From Azolla caroliniana (lineage: Eukaryota; Plantae; Polypodiophyta), in assembly GCA_043228905.1 (NCBI GenBank), contig JBHGNT010000014.1:13702001-13766000 (forward strand): a stretch of 64,000 bases of DNA. Direction: 5' to 3'. Below the pieces are notes generated by a model, which worked only from the letters and a program-made list of their open reading frames with translations, did no database searches and was not told the DNA's origin. The position numbers were made by a program, and so were the translations under genes. Shown in pieces: positions 45,173 through 59,700 of this stretch (positions are counted from its first letter, which is position 1; each line of letters opens with the position of its first letter).

Positions 45173-48100
45173 AGCAGGCCGGCGAACAGATGTCGATGCT
45201 TGCTCGTCTGCGCACGAAAAGAGAAAAGGGTGGAGGAGCTGCCGGAAGCACACGGGCGTTCCTCGAAACAGCGCGAGCCTCCCGAAACCCTGCAGAGAAG
45301 AGTGATGGAGAACGAACAGAGGAGAAGCGTTTGGTTCCGGTCCAGCAGCACTTCGTCCTCCTTAATGCGCGATACTTTCTCCCTGCATCTCCCTCTCCTT
45401 TATAGCTTCAAGAAGGGAGCCGTCTCCCTCATTTACTCCCCACCTACCGAATCTAACTACCCGGATATGCCTTTGTACTTAATCCCCTAGTATATACATT
45501 AAGGGCGTGCACACGTGAAGAGCCGGTTCACGCGCGCTATGCACCGATTGCGCCAAGGGACGGTTTTCTTCATGACATCCGCCCCCACCTAACCGCGCAT
45601 CCACCGGTATGCGCCAAAATTGGGTTCTGGTTGGAGAAAACCGGCCCAGGTTCCGTTTCTTCGTCCATCGGTTCGTCCTCCGTTTCGGACTGTTCGCCTT
45701 CGCTATCCAGGCCTCCTAGATCCGGTTCGTCATCGTGGCGCTTCTTGAACGCTTTGATCCGCTTCCCTGCTACCGGCATCGCCATCCTCGTACCGTCGAG
45801 TTCTGCTAGGTGATACGTCCCGTTGTCGTTGGCGCTCGTTACCACGTAAGGCCTGAACCACCGCTTCGCAAACTTCCGCGTTGCTCGGTGCTGGTTGTCG
45901 AGACTGCTGTCGTAGACTAGCACCCAGTCGCCTTCCTCGATTTTCTTTGGCCGGAGCCGGTGCGTTCGGTCGAACCGGGCTTTGTTCTTCATCCTCGCCG
46001 TCCGAAGTCTCTCCGCCGCTCGTGCCACGTCCTCTGGCCTTCGCTCGAGCTGCCATATACGCGCCGCTAGCAGTTCTTCCCGACCCATCTCGTCTCTCCA
46101 GTCGACTGTCGCCCAAGAGGAGATCGCTCGTTCCATCGGCATGATCGGCTTCTGTCCAAACATGAGCTCTGACGGCATGAACCCTGTTACCGAGCTGTGC
46201 GTTGTCCGGTCCGCCCACAAGGCATAGGGTAACAGTCGTGGCCAGTTCCCGACCTGTCCTTCGCACGCCCGGACTAGCGCTTTGACGCCCGGACTAGCCC
46301 ACTCCCACCGTTTGTCAAAACGGCCGCAAACTCTCTTTACTGCAGCCCAGTCGGTCGTCAGCCCGTCTTCGGTTTCCAGTAAGGAGCCAACTTGCCCCCG
46401 ATCCCGAGCGTCAACCGATTTGACAAACAGCACGACACGACTTGTGTCCAGAATGGTCCGATCGAGCGCCGAAAGGCGCGCAAAGCGTTCCTCAAAATCC
46501 CGGAGGAGTACCGACACATTTCTTCCTTTGTTGGGGGACTCCACCCACTCCATGAAGCTCCGCTTCGAAAGTCGAAGCGCGTCATCCAACCCATATTTCT
46601 CCAGGAGCCGTCCTTCGAACTCCTCCCAGGTCTGGCTCTCCGCCCGGACCTCGAGCACCTCCGCATGGATGCCCGACATCGCCACTCGAGGGAATCTGGC
46701 AAGACGCCTCTCTTCCGGAATATCCCTCATCAACATCTCCGCCCGGTAGGACGCCAAATAACTCGTGGCATCCTTTCCACTGAACCGGCCGATCATACTG
46801 ACGATCGTCTCAATAGCCCTGTCAAGGGCGCTGGTGCCCTCGCGCGAGCTCACTATCCAGTCCACGGCCGAAGCCATGGCCTCTACAGGATCCGACCCCC
46901 TCATCTTCTGCTCCTCTGCCGCCTGTTTCACGTCGGGTTCACCAAATATATCACGTTACTACGCGCGTGCGTGGAGAAACGAGGCTTGACCACCGGGGTC
47001 TTGGACTGAAGAGCAGGTGATAGAAGGGGAATGAGAGAGAGAGAGACGCCCTGTCACGTATGAGTAAGAAACACAGGAGCACGGCCCCTCAACACAGAAG
47101 ACGCGAATGGACACAGAGACGGGGAGACACAAGTGTTTGTATATTAACGAATATCAAATACACAACAGAGCACGCGAGCGGCGACAACTGAGCAGACCGG
47201 CGAACAGATGCCGATGCCTGCTCGTCTGCGCACGAAAGGAGAAAAGGGTGGAGGAGCTGCCGAAAGCACACGGGCGTTCCTCGAAACAGCGCGAGCCTCC
47301 CGAAACCCTGCAGAGAAGAGTGATGGAGAACGAACAGAGGAGAAGCGTTTGGTTCCGGTCCAGCAGCACTTCGTCCTCCTTAATGCGCGATACTTTCTCC
47401 CTGCATCTCCCTCTCCTTTATAGCTTCAAGAAGGGAGCCGTCTCCCTCATTTACTCCCCACCTACCGAATCTAACTACCCGGATATGCCTTTGTACTTAA
47501 CCCCCTACTATATACATTAAGGGCGCGCACACGTGAAGAGCTGGTTCATGCGCGCTATGCACCGATTGCGCCAAGGGACGGTTTTCTTCACGACAACGTG
47601 CTACGTAGCGGCACTACGATAACCGATAGCCGGATTTTGTCGTCGGCGTCTGGATCACACAATCATGGAGTTGGATGGGCTTAGTGGATTTTCTAAACCA
47701 CATGCTATGATACTATCTATGTTAAGAATTAGGTAAATAATTATGGGTTAATTAGTACCTAATTATGTGAATAAGCTATGCGGAAGATTATGTGATATGT
47801 GTGTGAGAGGAAGAGAGAGAAGAAGTTACACTTATGAACAACACAAGATGGGGGACGATTGACTCTATATTAAATTAGCATCATCAAATACAAAAATGCC
47901 TACAATGAGGTATATATAGGTCTCCTGTGCAAGGGTGCACAGACCACAAAGCAGGAGGAGGTTTGGTACGTTGATTCCGGAGCGTCAAATCACATGACGA
48001 ACCATGTTGAATGGCTCTCGAGCTTGGAAAAACTGGACTAGCCAGGAGTTGTTGAGACCAGCGACAACACCGTGCACTCCATCAAACACGTGGCTGATGT

Positions 48101-51100
48101 ACCGCTCAACCATGTCAGACAAAAAGGGTGTTAGGAATTTGTCACTTCTATGGGAGAAGTCGACAATCGAAGTCAAGGAAGAAGTTGGCAGTCGAATTGA
48201 CAAGCCGAATACAGGATGGTCTGTTGGATCGACCAACGAGGCGATAGGGTTGTTGACTGGTTTTGAAGGAGATAGAGAGTCGACTATGGTAGTCGATTCT
48301 ATTGGATGGATGCCTCAAGATTAAGGCAAGGCTGGCAAGTCGGGCCGACTGGATGGTCGAAGATAAGACCGACAAGTTTGGGTTGATTAATTATTATATA
48401 TATTATATATAATAATAATAACAACTACATTTGTAAATAGCCCATATTGTGTATGAGTATAAATACACCTAGGGCAAACATTATGTTTACGATGTGAGTT
48501 AGAGCTTGTGTAGTTGTGTGTAGAAGAGAGAGTAACAAAGAGTAGGAAGAGATGCGAGAGTGCATGTGAGAGAGTGAGGCAGAGTTTAGTGGAACTTGCC
48601 TAAACCCTAAGTGGGTATTCGCATGAGCTGTATTTCGGGCGCAAGCCGAATTTGGGACACCTTAGGGTGTTCGGCAACATTGGTTATGTGCATGTGTCGG
48701 ACGAGAAGCGGATGAAGCTAGATACCAAGGCTAAGAAATGTATCTTGGTTGACTATTCGCACGAGCGAAAGGGGTACAAGTGTTACAACCCTTGGACGAA
48801 GCAAGTGTGGGTGAGCCGCGATGTCGTCTTTGACAAATCTGCGTCTTGGTACTCCCTTCCACCTCCAACTCTCGAAGACTCCGAGCCGATTGTTGGAGAT
48901 GCGGCCAATGAGAAAGAAGAAATCAGAACTCAAGAGGAGAGTTTGATCTCATTCCGGCTAAGTGGGCTGAATGAGAGACTAAGTCGGAATGACTAATCAG
49001 ATGAGGAGACGACGAGTAGTGGAGACTCGAACGTGCACTCCCCGCGCTAGAAAATGAGGAGACGTTATACGTGCAAGGAGAAGGGGAATATAAAGATGCT
49101 GGAGTACGACACAGAGGCCGATGCATCGGATCAAAATGAATCCAACACAGTCAGGAGCATCGAAGATGGACCTCCGAAGATGAGGTCGGATCGTCCAAGA
49201 GGACCATGAAATCGGCAAAGTAGAAACTGCGCCAATCAACCCTCCAGAAGAACCCTGTAGTTTGGTACAGATACAATGACTATATGGCACATCATTATGC
49301 GTATATGGCAAAGGTGGCAGAGGTGTGTGAGCCAGAGAGCTATGTAGAAGCGGCGAAGGACGCGAACTGGCGTGCTGCTATGGAGACGTGGGACTTGGTT
49401 GGCGCCCCCAAGGGTGTAAAGCCGATCGGATGCCGGTGGGTATACAAAGTTAAATATAACGCCGATGGTTCCATCAACTGATACAAGGCCCGAGTGGTGG
49501 CCAAGGGCTACGCATAGCAACTCGGCATTGATTACGATGAGACGTTTGCATCAGTTGCAAAGATGATGATCGTGTGTGTCTTGTTAGCGGTAGCCGCGGC
49601 GAAGGGAGGACACTTGCACCAAATGGACATGAAGAATGTGTTCCTACAAGGAGAGCTTGAGGAACAAGTATACATGGTGTAGCCTCCTAGATTCCAGTTC
49701 AGATTGAACACGTCGGCTATTTTCCGACTGAATAAGTTTCTCTACAGACTAAAACAAGCCACGCGTGCCTGGAATACGAAGATCACGTAGCAACTGCATC
49801 GGATGGGGTTTGGTCCATCGAAATTGGACTTTTCACTATTGATTGGCCGGGTCGGAATGGGCCAGTAAGCATTTTGCTATATGTCGATGATGTCGTCATC
49901 GCCGACGCCAACCTGGAAGAAATCGGTCACGTGAAGTCTCAGCTAACCGCATCATTCGACATGAAGGATCTGGGGGACGTTCATTACTTCTTTGGGATCG
50001 AGGTGATCTACAACCGCAAAGGCATACTGATCATCCAACGACATTATGTGCTGAGTATGCTCTTCAAATTCAGAATGATGGATTGCAAATCCGTCTCGAC
50101 TCCGCTAGATTGAAATGTGAAGCTTTGCCCCGAACCGAGAACGGCGTGTGACCCGACACAGTTCCAACGGATTTTCGAAAGCCTTATCTACCTGACCATC
50201 ACCCATCCGGATCTTAGTTATCCAGTCGGCTTGATCAGTTAGTTTATGTTGCAACTGACGGTCGAGCACCTTCGGTGCGTGCATTGAATATTGTGATATG
50301 TGAGCGGCACCGAAGGACAGGACGTTTCTATATCGGGCAGGTGTAACCAAAAAGCTTATCAACTACATGGATACCGACTAGGCTAGAAATGTTGGCGATT
50401 GTCAATCAACTTCCGGATATACATTTTCTTTGTGAAGTGCGGCGATCACATGGAGCAGCAAGAAGCATCCAACAGTGGCACTGTCGAGCACCGAGGCCGA
50501 ATATCGAGGAGTGGCTATCGCAACATGCGAGGCCATATGGCTCAAGAGGCTCTTGAAGGATCTGAATATGGAGGTGTCTGAACCGACAATGATATACTGC
50601 AACAACCTCAACAAAATCCAACTTGCGAAGAACCCTGTCTTCCACGCCTAGACAAAGCACATTGAGGTGCACTATCATTTTGTCCGTGAGTGAGTCCTCT
50701 CCGGCGACAATGATATATTGTGACAACCTCAACAAAATCCAACTTGCGAAGAACCCTGTCTTCCACGCCTGGACAAAGCACATTGAGGTGCACTATCATT
50801 TTGTCCGTGAGTGAGTTCTCTCCGGTGAAGTCGAACTTGTGTATGTTCCGACCGATCGACAGGTTGCCGATATCTTCACCAAACCTCTCGGCCTAGATAA
50901 GTTGCGATACTTTTCGAGCATGCTTGGTTTGCAACATCTCGACAATGTCATGCCGAACTTGAGGGGGAGGAGTGAGAACGAGAGAGAGGAGAGAGATGAC
51001 GTCCGGAAGGCCGAATCAAATGACGAATTCGATTTTGGGACGGCTGAAGAAGCCGAGGACAAATGCAAGGGGAGTGGCCAAAAGAACGAGTCAGAGTCGG

Positions 51101-52439
51101 AGCCAACCGATAAAGGGGAAGTCAAAGTAAAAAAAGGCAAGGCAAGTGGCATCGCCAAGAAGGGTAGAGCCAACTTGAACAAGAAGTCCATGACCAGGAC
51201 ATGGGCAAATGTGGTCAAAGGCCAGAAGGTGAATCGGGGATAGCCGATTCAGACAAGGTAGAAAACGAATCAGAGTCAACCGATTCGGTCGAGGAGTTTG
51301 ATTTGGACAAGACGAATCATATAAAGGTCAAGCTGACAAGGAGGCAATTGATATAGAGGAGCTGACGGGTGAGGGGCGCGAATGCAGCGAAAGTGAGCGA
51401 GTGGAGAAGGACCTAAAGAGCAGACGTACCGAATGTAGGGGTCGAGGAGCTTTGAACCAAGGGGGTCGCAGGACTGGACTAGACGAGGAGCGCAAGCTAG
51501 GCGTGAGGATGCCAAGAGGAGCTGAATGCATGGACCGGTTGAAGCTGACACAAGGAGCCGACCTCAAGTTGAGCTTGAGGGGGAGTGTTGAGCGAGCAAG
51601 CTCAACACGGGCCGGACCGACTGGATTAGCCAGTAGGTCAAACCGGAATCGATCCAGTTGTCTAGGCCCACTTAGGCTGATAAACCTAAGCTCTGGACAG
51701 ATGACGGAGCGGTTGTGGCAGCCAATTCGGAACGTCACAACAATGAAGGCAATTAGTGCCATATGCTCTTTTATGAGCATTGAAGTACTTGATAGTACTT
51801 CTGTCAGTCCTTTGGGGACTTGTATAAATAGTGTGCACGAGCACATTGTATGTATTGACCATGTAGATGAAGCGGTTGTGACGGCCAATCCGGAACATTG
51901 TCGTGATGTGGCGTGCTCGAGGGTGGGAAAAACCGGCGAAAGGGGGGTCAAAAATGTGCATGTGCAATGTGTGTGCACACAAAAGCGATTAATTGTGCAT
52001 ATGCAAAATAAAAAGGAAAAGAAAGGGTGAAAAGGAGGTATAGAAGCTCGTGCAAAAAGTAAGAGAGAGGAGAGATAAAAGGTAGAGGGGAGACAGGCTA
52101 TAAATCTATACAGTAGACATTCGGTTAAGTGTGTGCCCACATAAGTGCACCATTCTATTAAGTGCGCTTTTTTTATAGTGGTCAAAATCCAGATAAAAAA
52201 ATTTACATTGTTTCATGACGAAATTACATCAAACCAAGTTAAAACTATGTTCCAAACATTCAAAAAACAACGAAAGGAGCTTTTGTGGGTATGTCTATGT
52301 GTGTGTTTACGATTACAAGGTCATCCCACAAGTTTAGTCACACAGGAACCAAGAAGTGCTATGGTAACGAGAGAGAGTCCAAACATTAAGAAAACAATGA
52401 AAGGAGTTTCTGTGGGTATGTCATGTGTGTCATGTGTTC

Positions 52440-52477
<38 letters not shown>

Positions 52478-55194
52478 ACGATTACCTATCTATGATTTTG
52501 ATTCTTGCTTAAAGAACATAAGCAAAGAATGGAAAACAAATCTTGATGATCGTGAATAGTCAAGTTTTGTAGCAATTGGCCGTGAACGCGAGCTCTCCTT
52601 CTCCACGTGCAACATATCCATTTGTTCTCCTTCTCTTTCTGTGTGTGCCTGTATCACATCTGTGTGTGCTCTTTTCTTGCATGAAGAAAGCCTCTCTCCC
52701 TCCCTCTCTCTTTCTGTGCATCTTGTTTAGATGACAAAAGTTGCAGTCGGTGATTTATCTGTTGCTCCCCCTCTCTCTTTTCTTGTCTCCTCCATCTGTA
52801 CTTCAATTCCTCAAACCTGCCGCCATTAGGAAGAAAACGCAAGAAAAAATCCCATCACATGATGCATCCAAGGAAGCTCATTAGGTTTGTTGCATAATGG
52901 ATGTATTTCTTAGATGTAGCAAAAAGACAAATACTGAAGGCAAAATCTAGAATCGAGAAAGAAATTGAAGAGTGTGTATGGTGAAACTAGAAACATTTTA
53001 GGTCTATTTAACACGTTAATTGATCACTTTTCTTATCAAGAATTGTATGATTAGCATACAGAAGGAAAAATATTTCAAAAAACCCTAAAATGTTTGAGAG
53101 AAAGAAATTAAAGAGTATGTATGGTGGAACTAGAAACATTTTAGGTCAATTTATCACATAAATTTATCACTTTCCTTATCAAGAATTGTATGATTAGCAT
53201 ACAAAAGGAAAATATTTCAGAAAACCCTAAACATTTCCAAAAAACCCTAAAATGTTTCAGAAAACCCCTAAGTGCACAGCTCGTTTAAGTGCGCACTTCT
53301 TCCTTGCGTTCAAAGTGCGCACTTAACCGAATGTCTACTGTAGAGATAGAATTATACATTGTATAAGAGAGAGTTAGTGGGCTAGTGGATAGTTACATTG
53401 ATTACTAGCTAGAGGTGCATGGTTTGAATCTAGTCTTATAGTGCAATGTAATTTAAGGAATTTTATTCCTTTTTCATTGAAGACAAATTTGGCGACCCCC
53501 CCTTGTTTTTTTTTCCTATAAAAGGAGGTCGAGGGGGGCTCATTGAGGAGGACATTTTGGGAGGAGGAGACTATCGCCAATTTTCCTTCGAAGCTCTTCA
53601 TCTCCTTATTCATCACTTCTCTTCATCTCATACCCCTTCATCCCCCCCCATCGACACGTGCTTGTCTTCTTCGCGTCGGCACTTGAAGTGCTCGTGAGCC
53701 CAAGCTTCGTTGGTTCAATGTTGCTCCGCCTTGTTCGTCGTTGCGAGCCCGTGTGCTCGCCGTTCGGGTGGTCGTGGTTCGTTGGGATTGACATTTTGGT
53801 GGTGCTCGTGTGTTCATCTTCGCCGTGTTCGGATTTGCTTTTGTCTCTAAGGGCATTTAATATTTATGTTTTGATTGAGCTTGTGGTTAACTATAAGTTG
53901 CCATTGTAAACAAAACCCTATTTTATAAAGGGTTCTCTTGCGTTGGAATCGAACACGTATTTATCTCTTTGGTTGATATCATTCGTGTTTCTTTCTCTCC
54001 TTCTTTCTTTATTCGTGTCTTCCTTGTACGTTTGGCCGTCTTGTGACGAGGGGACCGTTCGGGCTTGCCCATGCACCTCTCCTCCTCATAAAGGCGTACG
54101 AGCATTTTGTGCGTGTGTTTGTGTCTTTCTTGTACGTTCGACCGTCTTGTGACGAGGGGACTGTTCGGGCTTGCCCATGCACCTCTCCTCCTCATAAAGG
54201 CGTACGAGCATTTGTGTGTGTGTTTGTGTCTTCCTTGTACGTTCGGCCGTCTTGTGACGAGGGGACCGTTCGGGCTTGCCCATGCACCTCTCCTCCTCAT
54301 AAAGGCGTACGAGCATTTTGTGCGTGTGTTTGTGTCTTTCTTGTACGTTCGGCCGTCTTGTGACGAGGAGACCGTTCGGGCTTGCCCATGCACCTCTCCT
54401 CCTCATAAAGGCGTACGAGCATTTGTGTGTGTGTTTTGTGTCTTCCTTGTACGTTCAGCCGTCTTGTGACGAGGGGACCGTTCGGGCTTGCCCATGCACC
54501 TCTCCTCCTCATAAAGGCGTACGAGCATTTTGTGCATGTGTTTTGTGTCTTCCTCGTACGTTCGACGTCTTGTGATGTGGGAGCGTTTGGGCGTGCCCAT
54601 GCACCTCTCCTCCTCATAAAGACGTACGGACATTCATGTTTGTGTTATCGTCCCCTTGTGCGTTCATGTTGCGTGCTCATCTTTCTTGTACCCGTTTGGT
54701 CACTTGGCTCGTGTGGTGATCTCGGAAGGTCGACGAGTCTTGATCAACGAGAGCCACCGGCCTCACAAAACAAAGGGCAACGAGACCTTTCTCGGGAAGG
54801 GGTCGAGAAGTAGTGTTGTCGTAAAGCAAACCTCGGGTCTTCTCTATCCCTTGAGTACGCCCTAGTCCAAGACCCCCGTGGTCCCGCCCAAGTAACACAT
54901 GTGCGCGAAATTTCGCGACAATGTCACAACAATGAAGGCAATTAGTGCTAGATGCTCTTTTATGAGCATTGAAGTACTTGACAGTACTTATGTCAGTCAT
55001 TTGGGGACTTGTATAAATAGTGTGCACGAGCACATTGTATGTATTGAGCATGTTGTAATAGAATTTTTGTCTATCTGGACACTCAATCTCTCTCCCTTAC
55101 ATTCCCTGTGTTACCTAACTGTTACACTTCTTGATAACCGACCGTGTACTTTGTCTTTAGCATATGCTTCCGCACATAAATCGTTTTACAAATT
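45173..55194. repeat. Near-identical second copy of 35049-45072 (gypsy ORF 45570-46931, LTR 46949-47595, copia 3, solo LTR 51899-54920, MITE 52111-53340)
   Basis: Offset 10124, then 10122 after a (TG)n length difference; only about 3 differences noticed. Confidence 0.97.
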
Positions 55195-56739
55195 GTATAT
55201 TGGCTATTGTCAAGGATAGAGTTGTTCCCTCTATTCCTACTTATTATTAAGTATATGCCAAAGTGTTACGTGAATGATAGCGATCAAAGGCAGTCGAAGA
55301 ATGCCGACAAGTTCTCGAACACGTTTATGAGAAGTTTGGATTTGGTGTTTATAACCGCATTCATCCCCCTTGTTGTGTGAGCCTTTCAGGAGCGCCTGAG
55401 GGAAAATTAGAATAGCTGATAAATATTGAAAGATGATTTCCCAAAATGCACTTGACTGTGAGTACTCCATGTTGTGCATATTGATATAGACAAGTACCCC
55501 CCCCTCCCTCCCCATGTTCAAAATGTCATATGGTAAAGATGTAGAGAGCTAAGAAGACTTATGAAACTTCGGGTAGGGAATTTGTGTGGGGTTAAAAAAA
55601 CTAGGGGCTCACAATAGAAGGAAGAGAAGAGAGTGAAAACTTGTTGCTAACAACTTTGAATGCAAAAATTTGTGGTGGTTTGGTTGGGTTTGTTTTGCAA
55701 AAATTGACCCCATGCCTCAAAACTCCATCCATCCAAATTTGTTTGTTTTCTTTTAGGCTATTATAGAAAAAAAGAAGCCAAAAAAGAGCATTAAATAAGC
55801 CCTCTCCCGCTAAATCTAATGGACAATTATAAAGTAAATAAAAAAACAGCAAAAAATTTAACCCCCCCCCCCTAAATTTAATCATTTTAATAAAACAGAG
55901 AGACTAATAAAAAAGAAGAAGAAATAATCAAATGAATAAATAAACATCAAACAAATAGATAAATAAATAAATAAATAACTATAAAATAATATAGCAAACG
56001 AGTAAATAAATAAAGAAACCACTAAATTCTGATAATATTAAATGGAAAAACTGAGAATTTTGTTCCTTTTTTATTTATTTTTGTGAATGTTTATTTATCT
56101 TTTCTAACAAAATGGGAGAACACTTTTATTTTTATTTTTGTGAATATTTATTTAGATTTTAAAATAAATCGGGACTTCAGTTTTATTTTCATTTTTTTTT
56201 TGTGAATGTTTAATTTAGATTTTTCTAATAAAACGGGAATTATATAAATTAAATTAAATGAAATTTTGTAATTAAATAAATTAAATTAGACCGCAAGTAA
56301 AAGAAAAAATATTGTTTTTATTTTTATATTTTCTCGTTTTGTTTGTTTTTGGGGCGGAAGTTTTAATTTTAGTAAGCCCTGTTTTAAAGGGAGGAGGGAG
56401 AAGGCAGAGAGCCGTGGGATCTCCACAGATGAACGGCTCAGATTCATTGGCCATCTCTATCGGCTCCTTTTACTTCCTCTCCTCCCTTCTCCATCTTCCT
56501 CTATACCACACTACTCTGTTCTGTACAGGCTCTGTTTCTTAGCCATAGCCCATAGCCCATAGCCATAGCCATAGCCATAGACCTATCTATCTCTATCTCT
56601 GCCTTCAATATACGTTTCTTTCTCCTTAGATTTCACACCCTAAATCCCCCTTCCCCTATTTGTTTTAACCAGATTAAGCTCCCCAACGCACGCTCGCCTC
56701 GCCTCGCCTCGCCTCGATTCGATTCGATCGTATCTACCA

Positions 56740-59700
56740 ATGGTTGGTCGATCCCCTGTTTCTCTTCAATTCTCTTGCTTTTGGACATAATTGTCCGGAT
56801 TCACTTGATTAATCCCGATTAAATCTAGCTTGTGAATCCGGTTTATCAATCTAAATTATCAATGTAGCTAAATTGATCTAATAATATATTGATTTTTTGC
56901 CTAGTCGATACAAGGTAGTTATCTGGTTAATTCACTTAAATTATTAACCCAATGTACTGGTCCAGTCAATGAATCTGGTTAATCCATTTCGGTTGATGAA
57001 TTTGGTAATTTATCCAGCTAATTGAAGAATCGCTATCCATTTGGTAGATGAATTTTGTAATATATCCAGTTAATTGAAGAATCTGTATCCATTTGGTTGA
57101 TGAATTTGGTAATCTATCCATGGAACTGAGTAATTGAATCATTTTATTTACAAAAAAGATTCGAAAGTACTCAAATCAATTTATTGAGGATGAAGTAATC
57201 TAGTTGAGTAATTATTGTATGGCTTCATCTAATTGACGGATCTAATCAAAATCTTATTTAACAAAGTGGATGGGGTGTGGATAATCCGTCAAGCAGGTTG
57301 GATTATATGAGATGAATCATGAAATGTATGATGAGAACGAGAAGAAGATGAAGAAGAAGAGGAGGAGGAGAAGGAAGAAGCCATCATGGCTGCAGGCATT
57401 GCTGTCAGAGACGAAGTTCTTCACGGCATGTAGTAATGGAGGCCACTCATCGGCTAAGAAGAACGAGAGGAATATCTTCTGCTTGGATTGTGAACTAGCT
57501 ATTTGCCAACACTGCATCTCCACCCATAGCCACCATCACAAGCTACTCCAGGTAATTACAAATAATTATGTATATATATATATTGATTATGATTAAGCTT
57601 ATGATCATATTGATTATGATTGAGCTTATAATTATATTGATTATGATTAAGCTTATGATCATATTGATTATGATTAAGCTTATGATTATACTGATTATGA
57701 TTGAGCATATGATTATACTGATTATGATTAGGCATATGATTATACTGATTATGATTAAACATATGATTATACTGATTATGATTAAGCATATGATTATACT
57801 GATTATGATTAAGCATATGATTATACTGATTATGATTAAGCATATGATTATACTGATTATGATTAAGCATATGATTATACTGATTATGATTAAGCTTATC
57901 ATTACACTGATTATGATTAAGCTTATCATTACACTGATTATGATTAAGCTTATCATTATGTGCTAATATAAGTAGTTAGTAATCAAAGGGTTTTTTAATT
58001 TTCCTCCTGTAGATACGACGATATGTCTATCATGATGTTATTCGAATCGAAGACATCCAGGAGCTCATCGATTGCGCTCATGTCCAAGTAAGGATTTCTC
58101 ATATCAAATGTTTTTATGTGTTGTATGATCTATTCAGGTTTAAATTAGATCCATATTGATAGCATTAGTATAGACTATTCATGAGACATCGGAACACTAC
58201 GGCAGAGTTACGCAATTCCATGGACACTGATTGACCAAAGAGGTGTCATAATAGACGAATTCCATGGAATTGGCTACATATTATAACACCTCTTTGGGCA
58301 ATACTCTGCCTTAAGTGTTCTGATGTCTCGTGAATGAATAACATTTAATCTTCTCTCGCATAATACCGAATTTCTGCGAATTTTGTGTGATTTTTACATA
58401 ACATTATGTGCATTTTGCCGCAATTGCAGCCGTATATCATCAATAGTGCCAAAGTCGTGTTCTTAAACCCCAGGCCCCAACCTCGTCCCATCAAAGGACC
58501 AGGAAACCTTTGTGAGTATTGCGACAGGAGCTTGCAGGATCCCTACAAGTATTGTTCCATGGGATGCAAGGTACATTGATGACATAAATTTCATCGGATC
58601 TCAAGAATCGTTGATTTGTTTTTGTTATGATGGTTGTAAACCACGTTAACCTATTATTTGTTGATCGTTGAGATGATTGTAATTGTTAGTGGATAATATG
58701 ATTGTTGTGTATGGATGTCAACCAATCCCTAAGACAACATCCATGTACATTAATTGGGATTGTAATTGTGGATCCAATTTGAGCCAATAGATGCTGAATT
58801 GTGTTAATGATGTAGGTCATAACTAATATAATCTCATTGATGTTGTGGATCCAATTTGAGCCAATAGATGCTGAATTGTGTTAATTATGTAGGCCATAAC
58901 TAATATAATCTCATCGATGTTCAAACCCTACAACTTCCTAGAACATTCTAGAAATCCCTAGAATGCTCCATGACCGTAGAACTTCCCGGAACATTCTAGA
59001 AAAGAGTTAGAATTGCAATGTTGTCTCATTAGTTAAGAGCAAATATTCGTCCCCAATGTTTTGCTTCCTTGAATGAAACTTCGATTTTGAGTGTGCAAAC
59101 ATTGCTTGATGAATGATATCTGTAATGTTGCCATACTTAAATGGAAACTTGTAAATTTCTCTTCTAAAACTTGAATCGAGAATTCACAATGTTGTATCAT
59201 GTAAATAAATTTTAGTTTTCCCACTAGATTCAAAGTGCAAAAAAACATTGTGATCGATTGAATTTTGAAATTTTGATATTAACGCAGGTAGAGGCGATGA
59301 TGAGGCATGATGGAGGCTTGCAAACCATCATTAATGCAAGTAGTGCAAACGACACATTGCAAATAGAAAGCTCGGATGATTTACCTTTACCTATAAGCAA
59401 TGGCTCTAGGGATTATTGCTTTACATCTCCATCCGCGAACCCAAGCATTAGGATCAAGACAAAGGTAGCGAGAGCTTTGGCTGGGCCGGATAAAATCACC
59501 ATGGGCATAATGGAAGAGGAAGAAGAGGTGGAACAGTTGTCTCCGAACACCGTGCTTGAAGTAATGGCGAGCACCCCAACTTCATCAAGTTCAATACATC
59601 ATGAAGAATTTGCATGGGTTTCATCATCAAGCAGAGGAAAAGACCTTTCCGATTCCGAGGTGAAGAAGCTAAGGATTATGTCGGAATCATTACATAAATC

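Noticed and set aside
45570-46931. Second Gag-INT fusion copy as evidence of transposition
   Set aside because: It is part of the 10-kb duplicated block with identical flanks.
57543-57966. Ile/Met-rich and NHNQY-repeat ORFs
   Set aside because: Translations of the 27-bp intronic minisatellite.
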